Shown: one piece after another, positions 19,740 to 30,739 of the stretch
Position numbering within the stretch: position 1 is the first letter of the stretch
Layout of the letters: each line of letters opens with the position of its first letter
Assembly: GCA_965644265.1 (NCBI GenBank)
Contig: OZ286475.1
Coordinates: 66,836,001 to 66,900,000 of the forward strand
Length of the DNA stretch: 64,000 nt
Source: Glycera tridactyla
Taxonomy: Eukaryota
Direction of reading: 5' to 3'
The notes under the pieces: model-generated
What the model was told of the DNA's origin: nothing
What the model saw: the letters and a program-made list of their open reading frames with translations, nothing else
Database searches by the model: none
Program-made: the position numbers and the translations under genes

Positions 19740-22700
19740 GTAAGTATTCCATTGAATACAAGGGCAAGAAGAGGGAGCCTCCAAAGTGAGGAGATTGATT
19801 TGAATTCACCTGCCCAATTACAGGTGGAAAATGATAATAAATGTGGTGTAAAAGAGCTTGAAAATTTTCACAATGACTACATTTCAGGAAAGTTTGATGT
19901 TGATTTCTGATAGTTTCATACAGGTTGGGAACAGAATTGACTGTGTCGATAGTGTCTGCTTTTTGAGTAAAAAAAAATGCTCATCCGATGCAAATTTTTT
20001 CATGAAGGAGAATGTGTTTGTTATGTCTGAGTGTTGAATTGGGACCAGCAACGATGTTTCATGTTGATTCAGTGAAGAAATTGGCACTTATTTGCATCAA
20101 TACTTGTTCTTTGAAAGCTCTGGACTCCTTAGAGAGTCCTTGAAAAGTCCTAGAATTTGATCATGACAAAAAGGTATGAACGCTCTACTTCAGGAGCTTT
20201 GAACAACAGTGAAATACTTATAGCATGATACAGTCTTCAAATTTAACCAATCTCCCAAATCCCAGGGAGAGTGAAAAGACCAAACTCATTCTCCCGCTAT
20301 GACTTCACAAGCATTGTTCTTGGAACAAAATTGATGTTCATCATTTCATTCATTTTCTGAGGGGATGTTGCTAAGGTATCAGCTACCAAGTACCCCCTCC
20401 TCCAATGGTGTTGACCCCAATATTGAAATTGATGGGACAAATCTTCCCACTTGGGAGTCAGCGAAAACTGAATTTATGCCGACAGGGAGTAGTATTGAAA
20501 TATGATTCATGTCATACAGTAGTCATGTTAGATTGAACACATTTTTGTCACTTGTTTGGTGAATTTATGTGTGAGGTCAGTGTTTTATTATCCCTCGCCA
20601 AAAGGCGTAGGGATATTAAAATAGTGGCGGTCCGTCAGTTCGGCCGTCCATCACACTTTCTTGGCTGCGCAACTCCTCTTTCATTTTACATGCGATTTTC
20701 ACCAAACTTTCACAGAATGATCATCATAAGCTTATGCAGTGCATATTGTCAGGGTTTCATTTTTGAAGGAGTTATTGCCCTTTAATGGATTTTACATGCA
20801 GTTTTTGGCATATTTTGGCACATTCACTATGTCTGAAGTGTGCAACATCTCCCTGAAATGAATGACTTTGCCCTCATTGATAGGTCAGCTTCTCCATACT
20901 CCTGTTGTTCATACTTGTATTATGTAAGAACTATACAACTATTCTGAAGTCATTCATTGTGACCTTCGTTGATTGCGTTTGGACACTCCTCTACTCAAAC
21001 ACAAACTTTCATCTANNNNNNNNNNNNNNNNNNNNNNNNNNNNNNNNNNNNNNNNNNNNNNNNNNNNNNNNNNNNNNNNNNNNNNNNNNNNNNNNNNNNN
21101 NNNNNNNNNNNNNNNNNNNNNNNNNNNNNNNNNNNNNNNNNNNNNTGTGAAAAATGAACACATGGCGAGGGATACACTGTGTCACAGCTTCTTGTTTCTA
21201 CTTGTTTTGTCATTCTTGTTACAGTTATCGATACAGAATTGAGTGGGTGCAGCTCTCTCATGGTGATCGTCTCTGGGTACGGATCTGATGGCGTAATATT
21301 CTGTAATGGGGGACCAATCAAGATAACTGAAGTCTGTGATAACTTTGATGCTGTGATGTGTGAAATTTTGGCGGGGAAACCAAAGATCTTCATTTTTCAG
21401 GTGAGTTAGTAGAGCTGTGACGATTACCCGATTTTATTGATTATTGCATCATTGAGAGGGCTGATTCGAATAATTCACCCTGCAAATTGACAATCGATTT
21501 TCTCGGGGACCGGGGGCCACGATGCCTCCACAATGCTGCTCTTTCTCATGTGAATTGAACCCATTTTGGGGAATCTTTTGAAGAAATGCCCCTTTTTTTA
21601 AATTAAGGGAGCAAAACAGGCTATTGGACTGATTGCTTGATGAATTGTTGTAATGATATATAGTCAGACCTGCTCTAAAGACCACCTCTTGATAAAGACC
21701 ACTTCTTTGTAGAGGCCACACTGAGCTGCAACCCTGGTAGTACTTTCAACAGTAAATGACCTCTATAAAGACCACCTGCCTATAAAGGCCACTCTGATTT
21801 CACCGAAGACGGTCTTTGAAGACAGGTTCACCTGTTTGAAATCATTGCTGTCTACGCCTGGTTAAAAAAGATCTGTCTATTGTCCACGAATCATGTCAAT
21901 CCAAAATCCTTGCACACTTGTACTCACATACCTGTATATGCAAAATCTCTAATCTCTCAAAATTTTGCTCTGATCCTCCGCGATTACGGCAGACAAGTAA
22001 AACGGTCTATTTCATTAGGTGAATCCATTTTGCAGGGTTGCATCCAGAGGGGGGCATGGGGGCATTTTACACATTTTGTTGAATGGTGGCCCCTTTTCAG
22101 AGGAATCAGGGGCCACAATGCCCTCTGAATGACCAAATGGGTTGCATTTACTCCTTATGAATCGAACCCTTTTTTTTCAAATTTCAGGTGGCAAATGCCT
22201 CTAATTCTGAAAATCCTGATGCAATCCTGATTCTGGGAAAATTGGTTAAAAAATGCCCCTTTTTTCAAAATTTGAGGGGGAAAATGCCCCCATTTCTAGA
22301 AATCCTGCATGCAGCCTCACTCAGTTGTGCCAATTATCCGAAATTCAAAAAAATGGGTGAAAAATTTCAATTCGGAATCTTTTTGAGAGTTTCAGAGCAG
22401 ACACTTTTGAGAATATATATTGGTTGTTTCAAAAAATATAACCATATTTCCAAGAATTTAGCTTCATTCCATTGATACCACTGCTCACAAAAGTATGTGT
22501 CTTGTGTGATACAGACGTGTAATCCAGAGTTATACGGGTTGGCCGAGAAGGAAGACGGAGAACAAGCTGTGTCTACGGATGGCGATAGAGTCCACTTGGA
22601 TGTGACTGACATCCACATCACTCAATCTCTCGTACCAGGTTAGTCAACAGCAGGGCTGGGACGGAACACATTAGTCACAAAACAAAACATTTCTAGAAAC

Positions 22701-25700
22701 ACACCTCGCGAAATGAATGACAGAACAAAACGCCATGCAACCCTCCTTCAGGAATCCAGCATGCATGGTCCTCCCCGGTGTGAGTGACATGAGCAAGCCA
22801 CCAGTAGTTACATAGCTAGATATGCCATCATCATGTTCAATATGTTTTTTTTGTAGAGTTAGAGTTGGTAGGGGTGTGTCTGAACCATCAGCTACTTCCA
22901 CTTGACAACCTTTCAAGTTCCCCATCATCTTGTGTTCAGGGTTTGTGAGAGTGATGTCTGCAGGGGGAGAGACCATCTAGCTTTCATTAACCAGGAACAC
23001 ACGGCATACATAATCCTGTGGGTCGATACATGCCGTTAAGCCTCAAACAAACAAACCAGTATTCTGGTGGCCTTTCTTTATGGCCAACTACTATTGAAAA
23101 TAAATACGTCCGGTGAAAAGTTCATCAAATTGCCATCATTCGGGCTCTCCACCACAGTATTTTTGAGATGGGATGTGTTTTCTGTATATATTGGCACTTG
23201 TACATACTCATCAGCCATGTTTCTTTTTATTTTGAAACGCTCCACCCAGTTTCAAAACAATCATTTAGTTTGGAAACAATCAATATGATCAAAATTTTGG
23301 TGAATTGTCCCATCCCTTGTCATCAGTCATGCTCATTTCATTCTAATGTGAATTCACAATGCTATGGTGAAAAACCTAAATCTGAATTTTCATTCAGTTT
23401 CAGTCATTGGAAGTTTTCATTATTTCAGGCTCTCGATTTATAACTTGTGTAGTGAAAATCAAATTATTGGAAGATACAACTCTGCATTGGCACTAGCCAT
23501 TAACCCTTTACTGCATACGCGCCAATTTATGCCTACCCGGCGTACGCATGGGACGCCGATTTACGCATAGTCTCCTGGTGCATAGGATGCCGATTTACGC
23601 CTGCCACCGTGTGCATGGGACGCCAATTTACGCCTCTAGCCCAAAGTATCACGAAAAAATTAGTTGACATACCTCAGAAAATAATTATTTTGGATGGCTT
23701 TCAATGCGAATATCGATATAAACGAAACATGATCGTGAAGAGGAGAGCCTGGGCTTCCCCCTTGTATACGTTCTAAAAATAGAACGTTTAGGTCATGTGA
23801 CTCAGAACCACGGATGTAGGAATTTCCCGGCAAACGAAAGCCAACAAGGAGGATAGATCCAAGATGGCGGCGCGCAGGGATGAAGCCGCTCTCTTGACAT
23901 CTCCACTGTTTCTGGCGAATATTCGACGGATTTTCAGAATTTATACATGGATTATATACAGACGGATATCTGCGGATTCAATGGTGTAATCGTTTTTACT
24001 GTGAGTTTGATATTTCTATGGTATTTTCGCTGGTAAAGAGTGATGTTGAATTCAAGGAAGCCATGCGTTTGATGCGCAGTCTAGCATTCTGGTTGTCAAA
24101 ACCTGCCGGCAACTTTCACCTCACTTTGTGAAGAAACTATTTGAAATATTGACATTATGTCTTCACAAACATGTGAAGAAAGTTCTTTTGAACGTAACAG
24201 TATATGATTTGTGCAGTTTGGTCCAGAATATTTGGCGAGATAGCAGAAATTCCGCATGAAAGTCATCATAGAAAATTCGAGATTGACACGTCAGAATGAG
24301 GCAGAATGGTAATTCACCGTTGATTCAGACTTCACTCTTCATTTGGTTCTCATTTGGCGAATATCCGTCATATTTTCACACTTTAACCTTACCCCCCACA
24401 CAAAAAGGCCATGAGGAATACATCTATCACATGTTTTTTCATGGATTTTGGTTATTTCTTGGGTTATTTTTACCATAAAGATGAGGTGCTCCTTCCAGGG
24501 AAATCCGCACATTGAGACGCAGTAAGCATTCTTGTTGTCAAAGCCGGCCCCAACTTCTCACTCCATTTATGAAGAAACTATTCAAAATATCGACATTCCG
24601 TTTAGACATCCGTGTAGAGGAACTTCTTGTGAATATATACGTATATGATTTGTTCAGTTATGACCAGTATTCTTGAAGCGATTGCAGATCTTCCACGCAA
24701 AGTCATTGATGAAAACTCGCGATTGACCTGTCAAAGTGAGTGAAAGTGGTTATACAGACGCCACTCTTCATTCGGCCGCCATTCAGCCAATATTCGTCGT
24801 ATTTTCACAGTTCTTTCTTCCATAACACACAAATAGGATACAAGCAACACGTTTATCGAATGATTTTTCAATGACGGTCAATATTTCTTATGTATTTTTC
24901 GGTGTGTTGGTTGAGAAAATATCCGGCAGTCATTCGTCAGTGTAGCGCCATTTTTCTCCCCCCAAAAGTTGTGCGTAAATCTGTACTCAACTGGCGTTTA
25001 CGAAGAAACTATTCGAAATATCAGCATGCTGTCTACACACATGTGTTTATTAACTTCTTGTGGAGTTGAAAATAATTTTTTCACGGAGATCTGTTGTATA
25101 TTTCTGGCGCGATGGGTATTTTTCAGTCAGAATGTCTGGTTTGTTTACCTGGCGTCTGACATGTATTCAGCATGTACTGCCGGGAACAACGCGTATGTCA
25201 TCTCTGCTCTTTCGATCAGCAGTGATGAAATGGCGATTCCAATCAAGAATCCATACCTACCATTGTTTTCTGCATGTTCTGTTTGCTTTATACGAATTTT
25301 TTGGTGGTGATTGATGGATTATCATGGATGCAGGGCTTCACATTAGCTGCTATGCATTCCAGCTTGGAGGTGTAAAAATCACATCATGACGTGATTTTTT
25401 TCATGCACACAGTGCAGTTCAACGTCTGCCCTGGGAAACACGTCATGGCAAGCTGGTGCATGTGCATAGATGCACGTCACGTCGCTGAGGACGTATGCAG
25501 TAAAGGGTTAACCAGTCAGCCATGGGCTCAAGTTTTTCTCATCAGGCTAAGAAATTGACCGGTCTTTAGCCAGGGTAGTTTCCATGACTGCAGAGCATGT
25601 TAAATGACATCAAATATTCAGCAACCACTTTTCATGATTTCAGGAGCCGTACCATGGCGGCGTGCAGAAGAGGGGAGTATGTTCTTTGGCGCCCTCTGCC

Positions 25701-25891
25701 AGGTCGTGGACAAAGTGAATGAGACACCTGGTGGCATTGAATGGAATCTTGTACTCAATCGAACAAAAAATCTTGTAGAGAAAGAACTAATGTCCAAGGC
25801 CATGGTTTCTTACAGAGGCTCTGGGCCCCGGCTTTGTGCAATCACGGACACTCTGTGTGAAGAGTTTCATCTCCGGAATGTCGCGCCATGA
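19523..25891 (+). CDS. Caspase-family (peptidase C14A) protein, 254 aa, no prodomain, catalytic His replaced by Tyr; join(19523..19739,21225..21400,22515..22638,25644..25891)
   Basis: All introns GT-AG with matching phases (1,0,1); 765 nt with no internal stop. Aligns along its length with caspase-3: PRLFMQPD~SRSGTDVD, SSLMVIVSGYGSDGVIF~SSFVCVLLSHGEEGIIF, LAGKPKIFIFQTCNP~LTGKPKLFIIQACRG, VPGAVPWRRAEEGSMFFGALC~[21 protein letters not shown]. Confidence 0.93.
20583..20830 (-). mobile_element. End of a Helentron-associated (HINE/DINE-like) non-autonomous element
   Basis: Terminal hairpin atccct-cgccaaaaggcg-t-agggat next to a T run, followed by a gtccgtc-type microsatellite remnant; right boundary approximate. 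Confidence 0.55.
21225..21400 (+). CDS. Caspase-like gene, second coding exon (His-motif region to KPKIFIFQ)
   Basis: Acceptor ttcttgttacag|, donor CAG|gtgagt; TAC (Tyr91) at 21278-21280 aligns with the catalytic His. Confidence 0.93.
22515..22638 (+). CDS. Caspase-like gene, third coding exon (catalytic Cys and inter-subunit linker)
   Basis: Acceptor gtgatacag|, donor CAG|gttagt; encodes TCNPELYGLAEKEDGEQAVSTDGDRVHLDVTDIHITQSLVP. Confidence 0.88.
22801..23056 (+). mobile_element. Dispersed ~260-bp SINE-like repeat with (AAAC)n tail, in caspase intron 3
   Basis: Near-identical to 30477-30739; partial or inverted copies near 34570-34850, 39340-39470, 48080-48199 and 60850-60960. Confidence 0.8.
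23504..25507. mobile_element. 2004-bp non-autonomous piggyBac-type element in caspase intron 3
   Basis: TTAA at 23500-23503 and 25508-25511; perfect 16-bp TIR CCCTTTACTGCATACG / CGTATGCAGTAAAGGG; ~34-bp subterminal repeats x4 (23521-23637); no transposase ORF. Confidence 0.92.
25644..25891 (+). CDS. Caspase-like gene, last coding exon (small-subunit region)
   Basis: Acceptor ttcatgatttcag|; encodes GAVPWRRAEEGSMFFGALCQVV...ITDTLCEEFHLRNVAP*. Confidence 0.93.
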
Positions 25892-26385
25892 GACTGGCAT
25901 GGAAGATGATCTACCTCATTTGAGGTGTGTCTGTGAGGGGNNNNNNNNNNNNNNNNNNNNNNNNNNNNNNNNNNNNNNNNNNNNNNNNNNNNNNNNNNNN
26001 NNNNNNNNNNNNNNNNNNNNNNNNNNNNNNNNNNNNNNNNNNNNNNNNNNNNNNNNNNNNNNNNNNNNNNNNNNNNNNNNNNNNNNNNNNNNNNNNNNNN
26101 NNNNNNNNNNNNNNNNNNNNNNNNNNNNNNNNNNNNNNNNNNNNNTGTGCATTCAGTGTGTTGCTGGTGCTTATTTGGGCTATGATTATATGCAGGTGGG
26201 CAGGTGAAAATGACAGGGAGGGCCGGTGAAAATCCTACTTCACCTGCCGGAAGGGCAGCTGAAGGAAAAAGTTAATGTAGAGCCCTGATGATTGGAGTGA
26301 TTGATGACTGGGTGAATCAGTATGTGGGTGTCTGCCAATGGTGTCTGCCAAGATGTCTGCCACTACGATTTTGGAGTAGCAAGTA

Positions 26386-26544
26386 CAGTCTAACCTGTCC
26401 TAAGCAGCCACTGTTCGAAACAGCCACCTGCCCCAGGCAACCACTTTTGAATTTCCCTCCTTAGGGTTTTTCACTCATTCACCTGGCCTAAGCAGCCAAT
26501 TTTTGCCTTCCGGAAGGGTGGCTGCTTAGGGCAGGTTTTCACTG
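26386..26544. mobile_element. Tc1/mariner-type MITE
   Basis: TA|CAGTCTAACCTGTCCTAAGCAGCCAC...GTGGCTGCTTAGGGCAGGTTTTCACTG|TA. Confidence 0.85.
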
Positions 26545-28204
26545 TAGTCTTTTTAGGTCAAAATCTTTGCATTTCATGAGTGACGCTACTCTGAAAAGTC
26601 CATTGCAAGTGCTGGCACTGCTACTCTTTGAGATTGGCATTGCTACTTTTTTTGTCCATGAAAGAGAGGTTGGCGGACTGTATATGTGTCTGGTTGGATA
26701 AATGGATGTACAATTGGATGGATAGAAAGGTGCTAGGCATTTGAGGAATTGACAAACAAACAAACATATGGAAACACAAAACACGTACACACACATACAC
26801 ACACACACATATCTTATGATCTGAATCTGGGCTAAAAGTTTGGAGGAGGTAATATCATTGCCTTGGTGCGGGTGTCGGCACCTACACATATTTAATTAGG
26901 TTTTTTATTACTACATGTACCCAGATTTACGTTTGTTTTGTCATAATCTGTAGCTTAGCATCTGTGCCTCCTATTTCATTTACACATTCTCCAGTGTGTT
27001 TGGATTGATATTAAAGCAGCATTGTATAGATTTGAATCAGTAATTCTGGGTTAAAAATGTATTGTTATATATCGGAGTTGTCAACCACTACAATTTAAGT
27101 TTAGTGACTACTGTTTTTTAAGACAACATTCTCACATTCTACGGTTAAGCTACTCTGCTAAATCAGGATTTTTCTCATCATTCCATCAAAAGTGCCAGCA
27201 CTGCCTGTGTCCAATCTAGAAATTGACTTCAGAGGGAGAAACACCCACCTCTCTGAAAAAAGGGGGCGTTTTTAGGAAAATAAGGGTCCTTTTTGGAGGG
27301 GAACAAAATAGACAATGCCATATATAAATCAATATGGCCTTCTGATGGGGCAAAATGTGCCCCTCCATCCAGAAATAAGGGGCGTTCTGTCAGGTCTATG
27401 TGACAAATCCCCTTAACGCCCCCTCTGGATTGGACACTGCACTGCTACTCTTTGGAAACAGCGCCCCTAGTATTTTTGTCCTTCAAAGAGTGGTATCTAT
27501 GTTATATTTAAACTGAGTTTTCAACCGAGTCCTTGTTTGAAAAGTTTTTTCTTTGTTATAATCCTGAGTTTGCAACTGCGGCCTCTAGCTTCTTCAGGTT
27601 TGGCATGCATGAGTTTTTTTTCTCCCCACTGAAGAAATGCATCCAGAGGGAAGAATGGCGGGCATTTCACACAATTCATTTAGCATGGGTCCCTTTTTTG
27701 TGAACATTGGGGGCCACATTGCCCCTTGCATCATTGAGATGGTTGCTCTCTTTCCTCATTGAATGAAGCCATTTTGGAGATTCTGTGGAGGAATGCTCCT
27801 TTTCCTGAAAATTCAGGGGGTACTGTACCTAATTTGAGAATCCTGGATGCAGGCACAGGGATCTATGCTGAGGGTTGCCCTACTAGCACAGGCAGGCAGA
27901 TTCATTGTTAGGGCAGGTGATTTTATCGGTCTGCCTGCCCGATGGGCATGTACCCCACCATTATTTATGCTAGGAATATATGCAGGAGGGCAGTTGACAA
28001 TGATAGGAGGGCAGGTAAAAATCACACTTCACCTGCCCAAATGACAGCTGAAGAAAAAAGTTCATGTTGAGCCCAAACGCTACTACAGTGAAACCTGCTA
28101 CATGGCAGCTAAGAGCGATTTTTCAAACCACCACCTATTGAATAGAATCAGTGATCTCCTTGATCACAAAAGACAATGAAATGTGAATTCACCCAGCCCC
28201 AGGT

Positions 28205-28640
28205 AAAGTCTGTCAAATTCAAATGTGGCGGGTACGTTTCAGACGCTACCTTCGCCAATTCTTGTCCGATTTTACTCCTAATGGCACGAATAGAATGTAC
28301 AAATCTTCCGACGATTATCGAACCTAGTCTCGGGTGGTGTGTATGCTTCAGACTAGGTTACACCATCATTTCATTGCATTTTTTTTGGCAAATCGGCCGC
28401 CATTATCGGCGATTATTTGTATCCGAACCATTGGAGATACGGCAGCCGCACCTGCCGCAAAACCAGCATGAAATCGACATATTTGGCGTTCTAAGGTGAA
28501 ATATAGAAGGGAACTTTGGCAAGATTGCATTTCTGGCCGTCGGAGATGTACACAAAGCCTGACAGCCAGTTTCATTTCAATCAGAGCCGAATTCGCGATG
28601 CTAGGGCGAAAAACGCACCCGCCACAACAAAGCTCGACTT
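28205..28640. mobile_element. Second, inverted and diverged copy of the 18083-18521 MITE
   Basis: Starts ta-aagtctgtcaaattcaaatgtggcgggtacgtttc and ends gaattcgcgatgctagggcgaaaaacgcacccgccac, the reverse complement of the 18083 end. Confidence 0.85.
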
Positions 28641-29204
28641 TGGTTTGAGGATTCATTATATTTATGCCATACTTCTCTGTTAGTTGACCCCCTGACGAGA
28701 GACTATCTCCGACGGGAGACCGCTTTTCCAGGGCAGCTTTTTTATTTGACATAGTCAAATATACCTCTGACGAGAGACCAACTCTTTTGAGAGACCGCTT
28801 TTGGTGACAAGTAGGGCGGTCTCTCGTCGCAGGTTTCACTGAACCCTTTCTGTTTCATTCTGTGTCACAGAAACCAGTCCCGATACCATGCTTAGCTATC
28901 GGCTGGTTGCATTTACATGTAGCTAATACAATATTCATTTATACATGTATATTGTATATGTCTCAAGATCTAGTTATTTTATTGGGTTATACAATTTCTT
29001 TTTGCCATTTTCGTCAATTGAATGTATGTGTTGTTAATGTATGCATCATGTATTTGATAAAGGTACAGTGTACATATATTCTCATGGTATTCTATATATT
29101 TGTAATGGCGTTGTACTGCAAACATCAGGCAGGAATCACTCTCAAATTTTGCCATTCATAAATGGACACTTTGATTTTGTATCCTACAAACCTGATGCTG
29201 CAAG

Positions 29205-29626
29205 GCAGCGAGATATAACACACATGACTATGACTGGAAGCATAGCGTCTCTGCCATAATCATCAAACTAGGATGGGAATCGCTTGAAAAGAGAAGGAGG
29301 GATCAGCGATTGACACTCTTTCACGAAATCATAAATAGGCTAGTGGCGGTGGAGGCTGGTGACTACCTTCAACCAGGCGACACACGTACAAGGACAAATA
29401 ATAGGAAATACCGGCAACTAAACTGTGACACCACCGTACTCAAAAACTCCTCCTTTCCTCAAACTGTGGTTGACCACAACAATCTACCCCCAGAAGTTGC
29501 TGGTTGTGAATCACACGAAGTGTCTGAATACAGACTGAAAAGCTTATAACCAGCGCAGCGCACACCCTCTACTGGCGTGCAATACTCCGACGAGGTCCTG
29601 CGCCGTATTGAACCAGAACCAGAACC
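29205..29626 (+). mobile_element. 5'-truncated LINE 3' end (CR1-group or RTE-X-like)
   Basis: Encodes SVSAIIIKLGWESLEKRRRDQRLTLFHEII...LKNSSFPQTVVDHNNLP (post-RT C-terminus), stop at 29549, then an (AACCAG)n tail at 29610-29626. Confidence 0.85.
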
Positions 29627-30476
29627 TTCTCTTGTTCCGATAACGCTTAAATCTGCTGCAGAGACCACCTCTTTAAAGAGGCCATCTGCTCATAAAGGTC
29701 ACCCTGAGTTGTGACCAATAGTAATCTCGAATAACCTCTGTTAAGGCCACCTGCCTGTAAGGGCCACTCTGATTCGATGGAAGATAGCTTTTGTAGACAG
29801 GTTTGACTGTACAATTAATCTGTGATGAGAGGTTGGTTGGTTGTGGTTCAACGTCACGTCAGCACCATCTGGGCTATATTGTGACACCCATGCAATGGGT
29901 ATGGGTGGGATCTTCCATTACTCCTTCCCTGTGTCCCAAACGGAAGGTGAAAATTTATGAAATTCAGACACTCAAGGTGCCATTTCTGTGACGAGAGACC
30001 ACCTCCAACAAGAGACCACTTTTGGATTGATTGTCATCTTCCAGTCTGTTACATAGTTAGATACGCCATTGATAGGTACATTCAGATACATGTGGGGTGC
30101 ATAGAGGTGCGTCTGAACTGTCAACTCAGGAATGTGATTGTTCTGTACATTCAGCAATCCATGCATTTGACAGAAAAAGCATTTTATGCTGATTATGCTG
30201 ATTCTAGACCATGGAAATTGGACCAGATTGGCATGATAGAGCAGAGTACTGTCAAACCTCCCTATAAAGACCGCCCTCGGTCGCACTAGGTTGTGTGATG
30301 GCATTGTACTGCAAGCATAGGGCAAGCCATGATTGTAAAGCTGGTTTGAAGTTGACAGTTCGTAATTGAAGACATTGTTTGAGTATTCTCCGAACCTAAT
30401 GCTTTTCCTTGTTTCAAGTACTGCGCTTTGCGTAAAAAAAAATGCATAGCCATCAGGCTTGAGTGTTAGCCTCCAG

Positions 30477-30739
30477 CCAGTTACATAGTTAGATATGCCA
30501 TCATCAGGTTCAATATGTCTTTTTTTGTAGAGTTAGAGTCGGTAGGGGTGTGTCTGAACCATCAGCTACTTCCACTTGACAACCTTTCGGGGAGTTCCCC
30601 ATCATCTTGTGTTCAGGGTTTGTGGGAGTGATGTCTGCAGGGGAGAGACCATCTAGCTTTCATTAACCAGGAACACACGGCATACATAATCCTGTGGGTT
30701 GATACATGCCGTTGAGCCTTAAACAAACAAACAAACAAA
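30477..30739 (+). mobile_element. SINE-like repeat with (AAAC)n tail, same family as 22801-23056
   Basis: Near-identical sequence by eye. Confidence 0.8.
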
